From Mobula hypostoma (Eukaryota), in contig NC_086097.1 in assembly GCF_963921235.1 (NCBI RefSeq), positions 252,466,001 through 252,530,000 of the forward strand: DNA of 64,000 nt, written 5' to 3'. Made by a program: the position numbers and the translations under genes. This document shows, in pieces, positions 1 through 11,519 of this stretch. The first letter of the stretch is position 1, and each line of letters begins with the position of its first letter. Below the pieces are notes generated by a model that worked only from the letters and a program-made list of their open reading frames with translations, was not told the origin of the DNA and made no database searches.

Positions 1-94
1 ATCGCATTTGCCCTACTGAGGTGCAACACCTCACATTTACATTGTGCTGGAACATGTTGCTGTTAGGAAAAAGGAATTGCTGGGACCTTTGAGA

Positions 95-545
95 ATCACC
101 AGCCTTCCTGCCATCAAGGAAATATGTACTGAAAGGTGCTGGAAAAGAGCCAGTAACTTCATGGAGGATCCCACACATCCTGATCATGGACTGTTTGTCC
201 CACTTCCATCAGGGAGGAGGCTACATAGCGTCCACACCAGAACTATCAGACTTTCCCCAAGCAGTAAGGCTGATCAACACCTCCACCCACTAACCCACCC
301 CTCCACACCCACAATCACCACTACTTTATCATTTCCTGTCAGTCACCATATATACAGACACTCCTGTGCCCCAACATCACTTTATGGACATACAATCAAT
401 GTATGTATATAAACTGTTGTGTTTTTTATTATTGTGTTCTTTATTTTATTGTGTTTTTTTTGCTGCATTGGTTCCGGAGTAACAAATATTTTCTAAACGT
501 CTCCTTTACGCTTGTGGACTGGTAATGACATTAAGCAATCTTGAA
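95..545 (+). mobile_element. Rex1/Babar-type LINE 3' fragment
   Basis: Translates to LPAIKEICTERCWKRASNFMEDPTHPDHGLFVPLPSGRR, resembling the Rex1 ORF C-terminus seen at 58200-58430, followed by a T-rich 3' UTR. Confidence 0.75.
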
Positions 546-805
546 GTCCCCAGGGCTGGGTGGGATATACCCGGTTACCATGCGAATTGAGATATTAGAC
601 TGACTGCTGCACCTTTGCCAATGATCTTTGCGCTGTCATTAGCCTCAGAAGCTGTTCCTAAAACATTGAGTGTGTGTCTTCAGGCTCCTGTACCTGTACC
701 TCCTTGATGCTGAGGGGGCTAGTATCCAAGATGGAGCTGGCTGAACTGCAGCTTTTCCTGATTTGTACAGAGGCCCTCCCAAACCGGATGGTGATGTAAT
801 CAGTC

Positions 806-945
806 AACGCTCACAACACGCTGGAGGAACTCAGCAGGTCGGGCAGCATCCGTGGAAACGATCAGTCAACGTTTCGGGCTGGAACCTTTCGTCAGGACTG
901 AATGTGGCTTTGACCCTGGCATCTGCAGAGTATTTTGTGTTTACG
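806..945. mobile_element. Penelope-derived short palindromic element
   Basis: Shares GCTGGAGGAACTCAGCAGG...GACTG with the terminus of the Penelope fragment at 15250-15340. Its right end (900-945) is the reverse complement of the left end of the copy at 24240. Confidence 0.7.
863..900 (-). ncRNA. Minimal type-I hammerhead ribozyme motif (stem II weakened)
   Basis: Minus strand reads CAGUC CUGACGA A AGGUUCCAGCCC GAAAC GUU GACUG: CUGANGA and GAAA cores, 5-bp stem I, NUH triplet, and a loopless palindromic ACGU stem III. Confidence 0.6.
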
Positions 946-1220
946 ATGTGATCAGTCAGAATGCTGTCCATGGTACAGCTGTAGAAATTTCCTAGAGTCT
1001 TTGGTGAAGTACCAAATCTCCACAAACCCTCCTCAAACATAGCTCTGGTGGGCCATCTTAGTGATTGCATCAATACGTTAGGACTAGGATAGATCTTCAG
1101 AGATGTTAAAACCTAGGAACTTGAAACTGAATGGCGTTTGTTTCCTCAGCTTCCCCTTCCTGAAGTCCATAATCAGTTCTTTGGTCTTGTCGGCATTGAA
1201 TGCAAGGTTGTTGCGACACC

Positions 1221-3820
1221 AGGGGCAGAAGACGCTGGTGGGAGTTGTGTACAGGCCACCTAACAGTAGTAGTGAGGTTGGAGATGGTATTAAACAGGAA
1301 ATTAGAAATGTGTGCAATAAAGGAACAGCAGTTATAATGGGTGACTTCAATCTACATGTAGATTGGGTGAACCAAATTGGTAAAGGTGCTGAGGAAGAGG
1401 ATTTCTTGGAATGTAGGCGGGATGGTTTTTTGAACCAACATGTCGAGGAACCAACTGGAGAGCAGGCTATTCTGGACTGGGTTTTGAGCAATGAGGAAGG
1501 GTTAATTAGCGATCTTGTCGTGAGAGGCCCCTTGGGTAAGAGTGACCATAATATGGTGGAATTCTTCATTAAGATGGAGAGTGACATAGTTAATTCAGAA
1601 ACAAAGGTTCTGAACTTAAAGAGGGGTAACTTTGAAGGTATGAGATGTGAATTAGCTAAGATAGACTGGCAAATGACACTTAAAGGATTGACGGTGGATA
1701 TGCAATGGCAAGCATTTAAAGGTTGCATGGATGAACTACAACAATTGTTCATCCCAGTTTGGCAAAAGAATAAATCAAGGAAGGTAGTGCACCCGTGGCT
1801 GACAAGAGAAATTAGGGATAGTATCAATTCCAAAGAAGAAGCATACAAATTAGCCAGAGAAAGTGGCTCACCTGAGGACTGGGAGAAATTCAGAGTTCAG
1901 CAGAGGAGGACAAAGGGCTTAATTAGGAAGGGGAAAAAAGATTATGAGAGAAAACTGGCAGGGAACATAAAAACGGACTGTAAAAGCTTTTATAGATATG
2001 TAAAAAGGAAAAGACTGGTAAAGACAAATGTAGGTCCCCTGCAGACAGAAACAGGTGAATTGATTATGGGGAGCAAGGACATGGCAGACCAATTGAATAA
2101 TTACTTTGGTTCTGTCTTCACTAAGGAGGACATAAATAATCTTCCAGAAATAGTAAGGGACAGAGGGTCCAGTGAGATGGAGGAACTGAGCGAAATACAT
2201 GTTAGTAGGGAAGTGGTGTTAGGTAAATTGAAGGGATTGAAGGCAGATAAATCCCCAGGGCCAGATGGTCTGCATCCTAGAGTGCTTAAGGAAGGAGCCC
2301 AAGAAATAGTGGATGCATTAGTGATAATTTTTCAAAACTCGTTAGATTCTGGACTAGTTCCTGAGGATTGGAGGGTGGCTAATGTAACCCCACTTTTTAA
2401 AAAAGAAGGGAGAGAGAAACCGGGGAACTATAGACCGGTTAGCCTAACGTCGGTGGTGGGGAAACTGCTGGAGTCAGTTATCAAGGATGTGATAACAGCA
2501 CATTTGGAAAGCGGTGAAATGATCGGACAAAGTCAGCATGGATTTGTGAAAGGAAAATCATGTCTGACGAATCTCATAGAATTTTTTGAGGATGTAACTA
2601 GTAGAGTGGATAGGGGAGAACCAGTGGATGTGGTATATTTGGATTTTCAAAAGGCTTTTGACAAGGTCCCACACAGGAGATTAGTGTGCAAACTTAAAGC
2701 ACACGGTATTGGGGGTAAGGTATTGGTGTGGGTGGAGAATTGGTTAGCAGACAGTAAGCAAAGAGTGGGAATAAACGGGACCTTTTCAGAATGGCAGGCG
2801 GTGACTAGTGGGGTACCGCAAGGCTCAGTGCTGGGACCCCAGTTGTTTACAATATATATTAATGACTTAGATGAGGGAATTAAATGCAGCATCTCCAAGT
2901 TTGCGGATGACACGAAGCTGGGTGGCAGTGTTAGCAGTGAGGAGGATGCTAAGAGGATGCAGGGTAACTTGGATAGGTTGGGTGAGTGGGCAAATTCATG
3001 GCAGATGCAATTTAATGTGGATAAATGTGAAGTTATCCAGTTTGGTGGCAAAAATAGGAAAACAGATTATTATCTGAATGGTGGCCGATTAGGAAAAGGG
3101 GAGGTGCAATGAGACCTGGGTGTCATTATACACCAGTCATTGAAAGTGGGCATGCAGGTACAGCAGGCGGTGAAAAAGGCGAATGGTATGCTGGCATTTA
3201 TAGCGAGAGGATTCGAGTACAGGAGCAGGGAGGTACTACTGCAGTTGTACAAGGCCTTGGTGAGACCACACCTGGAGTATTGTGTGCAGTTTTGGTCCCC
3301 TAATCTGAGGAAAGACATCTTTGCCATAGAGGGAGTACAAAGAAGGTTCACCAGATTGATTCCTGGGATGGCAGGACTTTCATGTGAAGAAAGACTGGAT
3401 GAATTGGGCTTGTACTCGTTGGAATTTAGAAGATTGAGGGGGGATCTGATTGAGACGTATAAGATCCTAAAGGGATTGGACAGGCTAGATGCAGGAAGAT
3501 TGTTCCCAATGTTGGGGAAGTCCAGAATGAGAGGTCACAGTTTGAGGATAGAGGGGAAGCCTTTTAGGACCGAGATTAGGAAAAACTTCTTCACACAGAG
3601 AGTGGTGAATCTGTGGAATTCTCTGCCACAGGAAACTGTTGAGGCCAGTTCATTGGCTATATTTAAGAGGGAGTTAGATGTGGCCCTTGTGGCTACGGGG
3701 GTTGGGGGGTATGGAGGGGGGGCTGGGGCGGGGTTCAGGGTTGGATGATCAGCCATGATCGTGATGAGTGGCGGTGCGGGCTCGAGGGGCCGAGTGGCCT
3801 GCTATTTTCTATGTTTCTAT
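1221..3820 (+). mobile_element. Young 5'-truncated CR1 LINE (family A, copy 1); ORF2 with one premature stop
   Basis: APE motifs (YRPP, GDFN, SDH) and RT motifs (QGSVLGP, FADD). CGA>TGA stop at 3110-3112. TTTCTATG tail. Confidence 0.97.
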
Positions 3821-4482
3821 AATAGGATACTTGGTACATCTTGACAGCCTCAAACCCTTAGAAGTGAAAAGTGTCAGATTGCTTTTGTTTCCAATTGCAC
3901 AAACCTTACACCCAAGTTTATCATCCTTGAAGTCTAACCAGGGATAAGTTTCCTTCTTTTTCTTCCACATTTCTTCAGTCCAAACACCTGAACAGGGATA
4001 CAAGCCTGACTTCGAAGGACCATTACTTTCAGAACGGCATTTGGACCCGTTTAGAAAATTTGAACTAGAAGAAGGCGAAACACAGCTTTTGTCACTTTTA
4101 CTGTTATCAGTCTCTGTATGTTATTCTTGTTACACTCCTCAGCTTGTTTACAAAAGAAAGAAGTTAATGTTGTTTGCTTAGAAGCCACAGGGTTGTTAGT
4201 GAGAAAAATTTACCTTTGTACTAGTGAGTAATCCATGGACGACGACAGATTAGCTTTACTAATGTGACAGAGTCAGAGCAGACAGCAGGGCCCGCAGCGC
4301 TGAGCAGTGTCCCTGAGCAGGTATAAAAATAACAGAAATAAAGCAAATAAACTTTTTATGCTTTTAGCCACCTAAATTGGAACCAAGTAATCAAGTATGA
4401 AAAAAGAACGTCTAATGAACTATTGCTAAAGACACGTATATTGCTGAATATTAGTATCAAAAGCGGTAGGTTGGCAACTCTG
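3819..4482 (-). mobile_element. 5' half of a degraded hAT transposon (KIAA1586/ZNF862-like transposase N-terminus)
   Basis: Minus strand gives (V/M)ASKQTTLTSFF from 4188, then WKKKKETYPWLDFKDDKLGCKVC (zinc-finger-like). Possible TIR CAGAGTTGCCAACC at 4482-4469. Overlaps the 3' half at 25795 by 23 bp. Confidence 0.7.
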
Positions 4483-4504
4483 CCTGGTACCGTTTCTCTC
4501 TCAG

Positions 4505-4565
4505 AAATGGTTGGACAGGAAGTGTACCTGTGAGTGTCGATACTCACAATATCCTCACACGTCAG
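4505..4565 (+). CDS. Candidate exon of unidentified gene (NGWTGSVPVSVDTHNILTRQ)
   Basis: Acceptor tttctctctcAG, donor cag|GTatta, open frame, phase-compatible with the exon at 4796. Confidence 0.3.
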
Positions 4566-4795
4566 GTATTATATGGTTAGACCAATACAGATCCTGTTTA
4601 GTGTTTAAATATATAAAAAGTTAAAGAAATTTGAATCTTTACATAAATTATTATTGTATCTATATGAATAAAAAATATCGTATTTTGGAAGTGACAGTTG
4701 TTAACAGGGGAGGAGAGCAACCATTTGGGAGGTTTGTAAATGCGTTTTGTCTGGTTCATTGCCTCACTAAATTACTCTTTTTCCTATCAACACAG

Positions 4796-4878
4796 AGAAA
4801 ACGAGCCTCTTCCCAATCAACTATAGTTAGTGGAGCTCGGCCAAGGGATGATCCGCTGTTAATGATAGTTGAAATGAT
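4796..4878 (+). CDS. Candidate exon of unidentified gene (RKRASSQSTIVSGARPRDDPLLMIVEM)
   Basis: Branch-like cactaa, polypyrimidine tract, cacAG acceptor and GTaaga donor. Only one frame is open. Non-repetitive sequence. Confidence 0.4.
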
Positions 4879-5139
4879 GTAAGACTAGCTTATAGCCTAG
4901 AAATGTTTTTTCCCATTTGGCTTCTTAAAAAAAAACTAAATTTATCCAGGTGTAGAAGAGGATTTTGGATGATTACCTTGAATATTTCATCAAAATCAGG
5001 CCGAAGATAAGCGAGCAGTGAATTTTTCTTTCATTATGTTGTAAAATTAACCAATGAGAAAATACTCATTCACTTAATGAGAGCTTCCCAGAACTTTGTA
5101 TAACCACTAGAGGCATATTAAACTGTTCTGTGCATACAG

Positions 5140-5175
5140 GAGGCATGAGCAACAACAGCAAGCAGTTACTTGTAT
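5140..5175 (+). CDS. Candidate exon of unidentified gene (M-RHEQQQQAVTC)
   Basis: tacAG acceptor and GTAAGT donor (alternative GTATGT 4 nt upstream). Continues the frame of the exon at 4796. Confidence 0.33.
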
Positions 5176-5479
5176 GTAAGTAATTATATACTGTAAAACA
5201 CAAGCAGATAACTCGTTGTTAAACTGGAAAGAAAGTGCCTATTAACCCGTCAGATCGATCACCACTGTGGTTAAAGCAAACGTATCTATTATTTCCTCCT
5301 GGTGAACTATAAACAGCAGAACAGTGGTCTGGGTTCCACACAGTCTGCTCTGATTAGTGTGGCCTGCCTACCAATCCGTTTTCCGCTTCTTAATCATTGA
5401 CTATGTATGAGTCTGATCCCAAGAGCCCTACTTGTATGTAACCAACATTTTTTGGCTCGTTATCAAACTCTGTTTTTAA

Positions 5480-5750
5480 AGGTAAGCTTTATACGTCGCT
5501 TGTACACGGAAACACACAGTGAAATGTGTTGCTCATGTTCCAGGATGTGCTGGAGACTGCCTGCAAGGGTCTCCACACTTCCAGCACCAACGTGGCAAGC
5601 CCACAACTTACTAACCACAACCTGTACTTCTCTGGAACGTGGGAGGAAACTGGAGCACCCGGAGGAAACTGACACGGTCACGGGAAAAACATGCAAATTC
5701 CTTATAGCTGAACGCAGGTCACTGCAGCTGTAACAGTGTTATGCTAATCG
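5480..5750 (-). mobile_element. V-domain (HE1-like) SINE
   Basis: Contains GTGGGAGGAAACTGGAGCACCCGGAGGAAAC, the reverse complement of the V-SINE core. Related copies at about 11320, 13320, 39920, 52080, 52640, 53100 and 54860. Confidence 0.75.
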
Positions 5751-5894
5751 CAACAGAAAGTATACTTGACATCCTCTGGTCCTGTGATTCACTCTGGAGC
5801 TGATATCAGCTGAATTTGCCAATAATTCCCTCTTTTCACTCCCTCTCCTTTCATAATCAGCCTGGCCCATTTAAAATGAACATCGCCTTTTTAA

Positions 5895-6015
5895 AAATGT
5901 GAAAAGCTGGTGAGGAGAAGTGTTAAGTGGCCAGAATGGGGAATTGAGAAAGAGGGAAGGGAGAGGGAGAAAATTACCAGAAGCTGGAGAAATCGATATT
6001 TATGCCATTAGATTG
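5895..6015 (-). mobile_element. Penelope-like element fragment (end of GIY-YIG ORF)
   Basis: Minus strand reads NGINIDFSSFW*, homologous to GMSIDFSNF at 15640-15670. Confidence 0.55.
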
Positions 6016-6022
6016 CTCCTCC

Positions 6023-6270
6023 AACCTGAGAGAGGCCTGATCTGAAAGAGGCCCGATCTGAGAAAGGCCCGATCTGAGAGAGGCCCAACCTGACAGTGTC
6101 CCATGCTGAGGGCGGCCCAACCTGAGAGGCCCAACCTGAGAGAGGTCCGATCTGAGAGAGGCCCGATCTGAGAGAGGCCCGATCTGAGGGCCGCCTAACC
6201 TGAGGGAGGCCCAACCTAAGAGAGGCCCACCCTGAGAGAGGCCCGATCTGAGAGAAGCTCAACCAGAGAG
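6023..6270. repeat. Minisatellite, 16-bp unit CTGAGAGAGGCCCGAT / CTGAGAGAGGCCCAAC, about 15 degenerate copies
   Basis: Direct inspection. Confidence 0.9.
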
Positions 6271-6743
6271 TGGCTCTGGATTTCCAGCAGCCCTTGTGTT
6301 TTGAAAGTGAAATTCAGATGTTCTCAACACAAACTAAATCAGAAATTCTGATATAATAGCAATAGACCAAAAACCAGAGTGAAGTTCTCTCTTCCTTATT
6401 TGTTTAACAGCATGTGTTTGCAGAAAACAAAACTGTTCAACCAAGCTGTAACTTTCTGTTCTTTTTAGAGAACTGAAACGTTCTGAATGGCATTTCAAGG
6501 TGGAAATCGCTCTCAAAGTCATTGATTTTCTCTGACGAATTCAGTGATAACATCACTGGCTGCTTGGTGTGGGACTCTAATATACAGGGCCTTTGGTCGT
6601 TCGGGGTCAGCAATGGACGCTGCGTCCCAGACAGTCCACAAGCCAGGGCAGTACGATAGGGAGAGCAAGCTGTTGCCCGTGCAGGAGACTCCTTCTCCAT
6701 ACAGCTGCTGAACCCAAAAGAATGGCAGAGACCGATGCAATTC

Positions 6744-8307
6744 TAGAGTGCTTAAGGAGGTAGCCCAAGAAATAGTGGATGCATTAGTGATAATTTTTCA
6801 AAACTCGTTAGATTCTGGACTAGTTCCTGAGGATTGGAGGGTGGCTAATGTAACCTCACTTTTTAAAAAAGGAGGGAGAGAGAAACCGGGGAATTATAGG
6901 CCGGTTAGCCTAACGTCGGTGGTGGGGAAACTGCTGGAGTCAGTTATCAAGGATGTGATAACAGCACATTTGGAAAGCGGTGAAATGATCGGACAAAGTC
7001 AGCATGGATTTGTGAAAGGAAAATCATGTCTGACGAATCTCATAGAATTTTTTGAGGATGTAACTAGTAGAGTGGATAGGGGAGAACCAGTGGATGTGGT
7101 ATATCTGGATTTTCAAAAGGCTTTTGACAAGGTCCCACACAGGAGATTAGTGTGCAAACTTAAAGCACACGGTATTGGGGGTAAGGTATTGGTGTGGGTG
7201 GAGAATTGGTTAGCAGACAGGAAGCAAAGAGTGGGAATAAACGGGACCTTTTCAGAATGGCAGGCGGTAACTAGTGGGGTACCGCAAGGCTCAGTGCTGG
7301 GACCCCAGTTGTTTACAATATATATTAATGACTTGGATGAGGGAATTAAATGCAGCATCTCCAAGTTTGCGGATGACACGAAGCTGGGTGGCAGTGTTAG
7401 CAGTGAGGAGGATGCTAAGAGGATGCAGGGTGACTTGGATAGGTTGGGTGAGTGGGCAAACTCATGGCAGATGCAATTTAATGTGGATAAATGTGAAGTT
7501 ATCCAGTTTGGTGGCAAAAATAGGAAAACAGATTATTATCTGAATGGTGGCCGATTAGGAAAAGGGGAGGTGCAACGAGACCTGGGTGTCATTATACACC
7601 AGTCATTGAAAGTGGGCATGCAGGTACAGCAGGCGGTGAAAAAGGCGAACGGTATGCTGGCATTTATAGCGAGAGGATTCGAGTACAGGAGCAGGGAGGT
7701 ACTACTGCAGTTGTACAAGGCCTTGGTGAGACCACACCTGGAGTATTGTGTGCAGTTTTGGTCCCCTAATCTGAGGAAAGACATCTTTGCCATAGAGGGA
7801 GTACAAAGAAGGTTCACCAGATTGATTCCTGGGGTGGCAGGACTTTCATACGAAGAAAGACTGGATGAACTGGGCTTGTACTCGTTGGAATTTAGAAGAT
7901 TGAGGGGGGATCTGATTGAAACGTATAAGATCCTAAAGGGATTGGACAGGCTAGATGTGGGAAGATTGTTCCCGATGTTGGGGAGGTCCAGAACGAGGGG
8001 TCACAGTTTGAGGATAGAGGGGAAGCCTTTTAGGACCGAGATTAGGAAAAACTTCTTCACAAAGAGAGTGGTGAATCTGTGGAATTCTCTGCCACAGCAA
8101 ACTGTTGAGGCCAGTTCATTGGCTATGTTTAAGAGGGAGTTAGATATGGCCCTTGTGGCTACAGGGGTCAGGGGGTATGGAGGGAAGGCTGGGGCAGGGT
8201 TCTGAGTTGGATGATCAGCCATGATCATAATAAATGGCGGTGCAGGCTCGAAGGGCCGAATGGCCTACTCCTGCACCTATTTTCTATGTTTCTATGTTTC
8301 TATGTTT
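6744..8307 (+). mobile_element. Young 5'-truncated CR1 (family A, copy 2) with an open 485-aa RT/C-terminal frame
   Basis: ORF 6748-8205 with FADD, (TTTCTATG)3 tail, TSD AATTC at 6739-6743 and 8308-8312. Confidence 0.97.
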
Positions 8308-8502
8308 AATTCGGTACCAGCGGCGTTGCTGGAGTTGACAGTCAGCGCTGAATTCATTGTAGGACTGCCTTAGGGACCCAGCTCCAGATTTACGCCTGAA
8401 GCCTTCCCCATGAGTGCGTATAGCAGCAAGGCAGTGGAGGTTTGAGGTCAGAGTTTTTCTTCTCCTGGATGAGCTGCCAATCACAGCTGACGAGCCCCAT
8501 CT

Positions 8503-9611
8503 TGGATTTCCAGAAGGCGTTTGATAAGATGCCGCACAAGAGACTTGTAAATAAGATACGGATACATGGAGTCGGAGGAAGTGTATTGGCATGGGTAATG
8601 GATTGGTTAACCAATAGAAGGCAGAGAGTTGGTATAAATGGGTATTTCTCCGGTTGGCAGTCAGTGGTGAGTGGGGTGCTGCAGGGGTTGGTGCTGGGCC
8701 CGCAGCTGTTTACCGTTTACATTGATGATTTGGAGGAGGGGACTGAGTGTAGCGTAGCAAAATTTACTGATGACACTAAACTGAGTGGAAAAGCAAGTTG
8801 TACAGAGGATGTGGAGAGTCTGCAGAGGGATATATATCTTATATATTCTCCGTCTTGGTGCCGTCGTGTTTCATGATGGTCCGGGGCATCAAAGGTTATG
8901 GTGAGAAGGTGGGGGAGTGGGACTAAATGGGAGAATGGATTAGCTCATGATAAAATGGCGGAGCAGACTCAATGGGCCGAATGGCCAACTTCTGCTCCTT
9001 TGTCTTACGGTCTTATGGTCATTCTGCAACTATACAGGGTAGTGGTGAGGCCACACCTGGAGTACTGTGGGCAGTTCTGGTCTCCATACTTGAGGAAGGA
9101 TATACTGGCTTTGGAGGCAGTGCAGAGGAGGTTCACCAGGTTGATTTCAGAGATGAAGGGGTTAACCTATGAGGAGAGGTTGAGTCACCTGGGACTATAC
9201 TCTCTGGAATTCAGAAGAATAAGAAGGGATCTTATAGAAACATACAAAATTTTGACTGGGATAGATAAGATAGAAGTAGGAAAGTTGTTTCTGTTGGTAC
9301 GTGAGACTAGAACTAGATAACTAGAGAACAGGGGAGAAGATTTAGGACGGAGATGAGGAGAAACTGTTTTTCCCAGAGAGTGGTGAATCTGTGGAATTCT
9401 CTGCCCAGGGAAACAGTTGAGGCTTCTTCACTAAATATAAAGGTACAGTTAGATAAGTTTTTACATAGTAGGGGAATTAAGGGTTATGGGGAAAAGGCAG
9501 GTAGATGGAGCTGAGTTTACGGACAGATCAGCCATGATCTTATTGAATGACGGAGAAGGTTCGATGGGCCAGATGGCTGACTCCTGCTCCTATTTCTTAT
9601 GTTCTTATGTT
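8503..9611 (+). mobile_element. Older composite CR1 fragment
   Basis: DFQKAFDK...KFTDDTK and RPHLEYC motifs. A foreign CR1 3' UTR sits inside at about 8880-9020. TTCTTATG tail. TSD CATCT at 8498-8502 and 9612-9616. Confidence 0.9.
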
Positions 9612-10138
9612 CATCTGTCCGAAGCAACTGGTTTTAAGGTGCCAATAACCCTCTTTTTCAACCTCTCCTGTCAGTAGAAACAGTTCTGCTGGGCTTAGTA
9701 ACTGAGTCACACATGAAAGCCAGGAGCTGGGCTTGTTTGTCAGAGGCTATTTGAGATGCACACCATTGAGAGCACTTAATAGGTAATGGGAGCTCAATCC
9801 CCCCCCTCCCCCCGCTATAACACCCCTTAGGACTCTTATAGAATGGATCATATAATGAAAACTTTGATCAGGATGGGAACATAATTTCTGTCTGAAAGTA
9901 ATAAGATTTTTGCTCTATTTATTTTCAATAATTTGCAAATGGTATTTAGAGTTATAGAGTCTTACAGCCCAGAAACAGGCCCGTCAGACCCTCATGGGTG
10001 TGCCAACCACCAGATAACTGTCTACATTTACCCCCCAATTCACCACCATTTGATCTGCGGTCTATCATCACTGGCAATTTACATACTCATATAGAGGGTG
10101 CATAAGAGTTGTGAGAGCGTCTGCCTCCACCATCTTCT

Positions 10139-10290
10139 CTGACCACAGGTGATGTGGACATTGTTAATGTAGAATACCGCGAGTTCCACACTGGCCACGG
10201 GTAACATGGACATTAGTCTGTAGGATACTGTGAGTCCCACACTGACCACGGGTAACGTGGACATTGGTTCTGTAGAATACTGCCAGTTCA
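10139..10290. repeat. Three-copy tandem repeat of about 51 bp (CTGACCACGGGTAACGTGGACATT...GTAGAATAC)
   Basis: Direct inspection. Confidence 0.85.
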
Positions 10291-10918
10291 ATTCACAAGT
10301 TCACTGGTGAGATCAACAGTGGGGGTGCTTCATGGCCTCAGATGTGGTGTGGACCAGTCCCTCATGCCGTGCTGTGGCCGTAGGGAAAGGATTCCGTGCT
10401 AGGTTGGGGACTGGCCCTTCCTGTTGGCTCCAGGGAAGACCAGCTGGATTGCATTCATGTGATTTGAGGAACTGCTGTGGGCTTCATCTTGTAGAAACAT
10501 GGCTCCAGGACAACATCCATGGTACCATCAATCTACAGGGCATGACACACAGGGACCTGGGCTCTATTATTACTTTTTATTATTACTCTGAGTGTGTGTT
10601 TTTCTGCTATCATAATTACATGTGTTATATGTGCTATGTATGACTGTTGTACTATGTTTTGTACCTTGGCCCCAGAGTAATGCTGTTTCTTTTGGCTGTG
10701 TTCATTGGTATTCATGTATGGTTGACTGACAATTAAATTTGAACTTGAACTGAGATTGCAAAATCTCTTGGGGGTGAAAGGAAAATCTTTCTTATATTCT
10801 TTCTAAATATCTTATTTCTTACCAGAACACTCTGTTCTCTGGCCTTGGGCATCGCTGTGCTGTTTTGTCCTAAAGGCACCATCTTGTTGATGTCTTTGTG
10901 TCAGAAGACAACGTAGAT

Positions 10919-10998
10919 CAGGGGTTCCCAACTCGGATTCCGCCCACCCCTCGGTTAATGATTGGGGATCATGGCATAAAAAAGTTTGGGAAGACCTG
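10919..10998. mobile_element. Small degenerate hAT/Charlie-type MITE
   Basis: Imperfect TIRs CAGGGGTTCCCAAC / GTTTGGGAAGACCTG. No convincing TSD. Confidence 0.45.
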
Positions 10999-11519
10999 GA
11001 GTACAGGAATTCATTTCATGGATCACGCAGTGATCAGAACAGAAAGCTGGCCATTGAGTTTGCCTTGCCTAGTTTCCTGAACTTTTCGGACACGGTGGGG
11101 AACAGGCAGTGATATCACGTAGTGGAATACTACTTTTTCATTTTAATTAGTGATACAACAGAATAACAGACCCTTTGGATTCTATAAACCCCTACCAATC
11201 AATTAAACCCATAGAGTCACACAGTCATAGAGCACTACAGCACAGAAACAGGCCCTTCGGCCCATCTAGTCTATGCCGAACTGTTATTCTGCCTAGTCCC
11301 ATTGATCATATGACTAATTAACCTACTAACCCATATGTCTTTGGAATGTGGGAGGAAACCAGAGCACCCGGAGAAACTCACACAGTTCCAGGGAGAACGT
11401 CCAAACTCCTTACAGACAGGAGCAGAACTGAATCAGGTCATTGGCACCATAATGAGAATCAGATTCAACATCACCGGCATATGTCGTCAACTTTGTTGTT
11501 TTGCAGCAGCACTACGTTG

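Larger units (their letters stand above)
670..1220 (-). mobile_element. Rex1/Babar-type LINE RT fragment, interrupted at about 806-945
   Basis: Minus-strand peptides WCRNNLAFNADKTKELIMDFRK and LGNFYSCTMDSILT match the post-RT region of the Rex1 copy at 56748-58686. Confidence 0.7.
6585..9830 (-). mobile_element. Non-coding RTE-like short retroelement split into three pieces (6585-6743, 8308-8502, 9612-9830) by two CR1 insertions
   Basis: The pieces are colinear with the reverse complement of the intact copy at 24470-25032. Duplicated AATTC and CATCT at the junctions. The RTE assignment is inferred. Confidence 0.75.

Noticed and set aside
1084..1848. Long antisense ORFs over CR1 copies (also 37317-38093, 60526-61179, 2647-3051 and similar)
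   Set aside because: These are shadow frames of ORF2, repeated only because the copies are near-identical. There is no independent evidence of coding.
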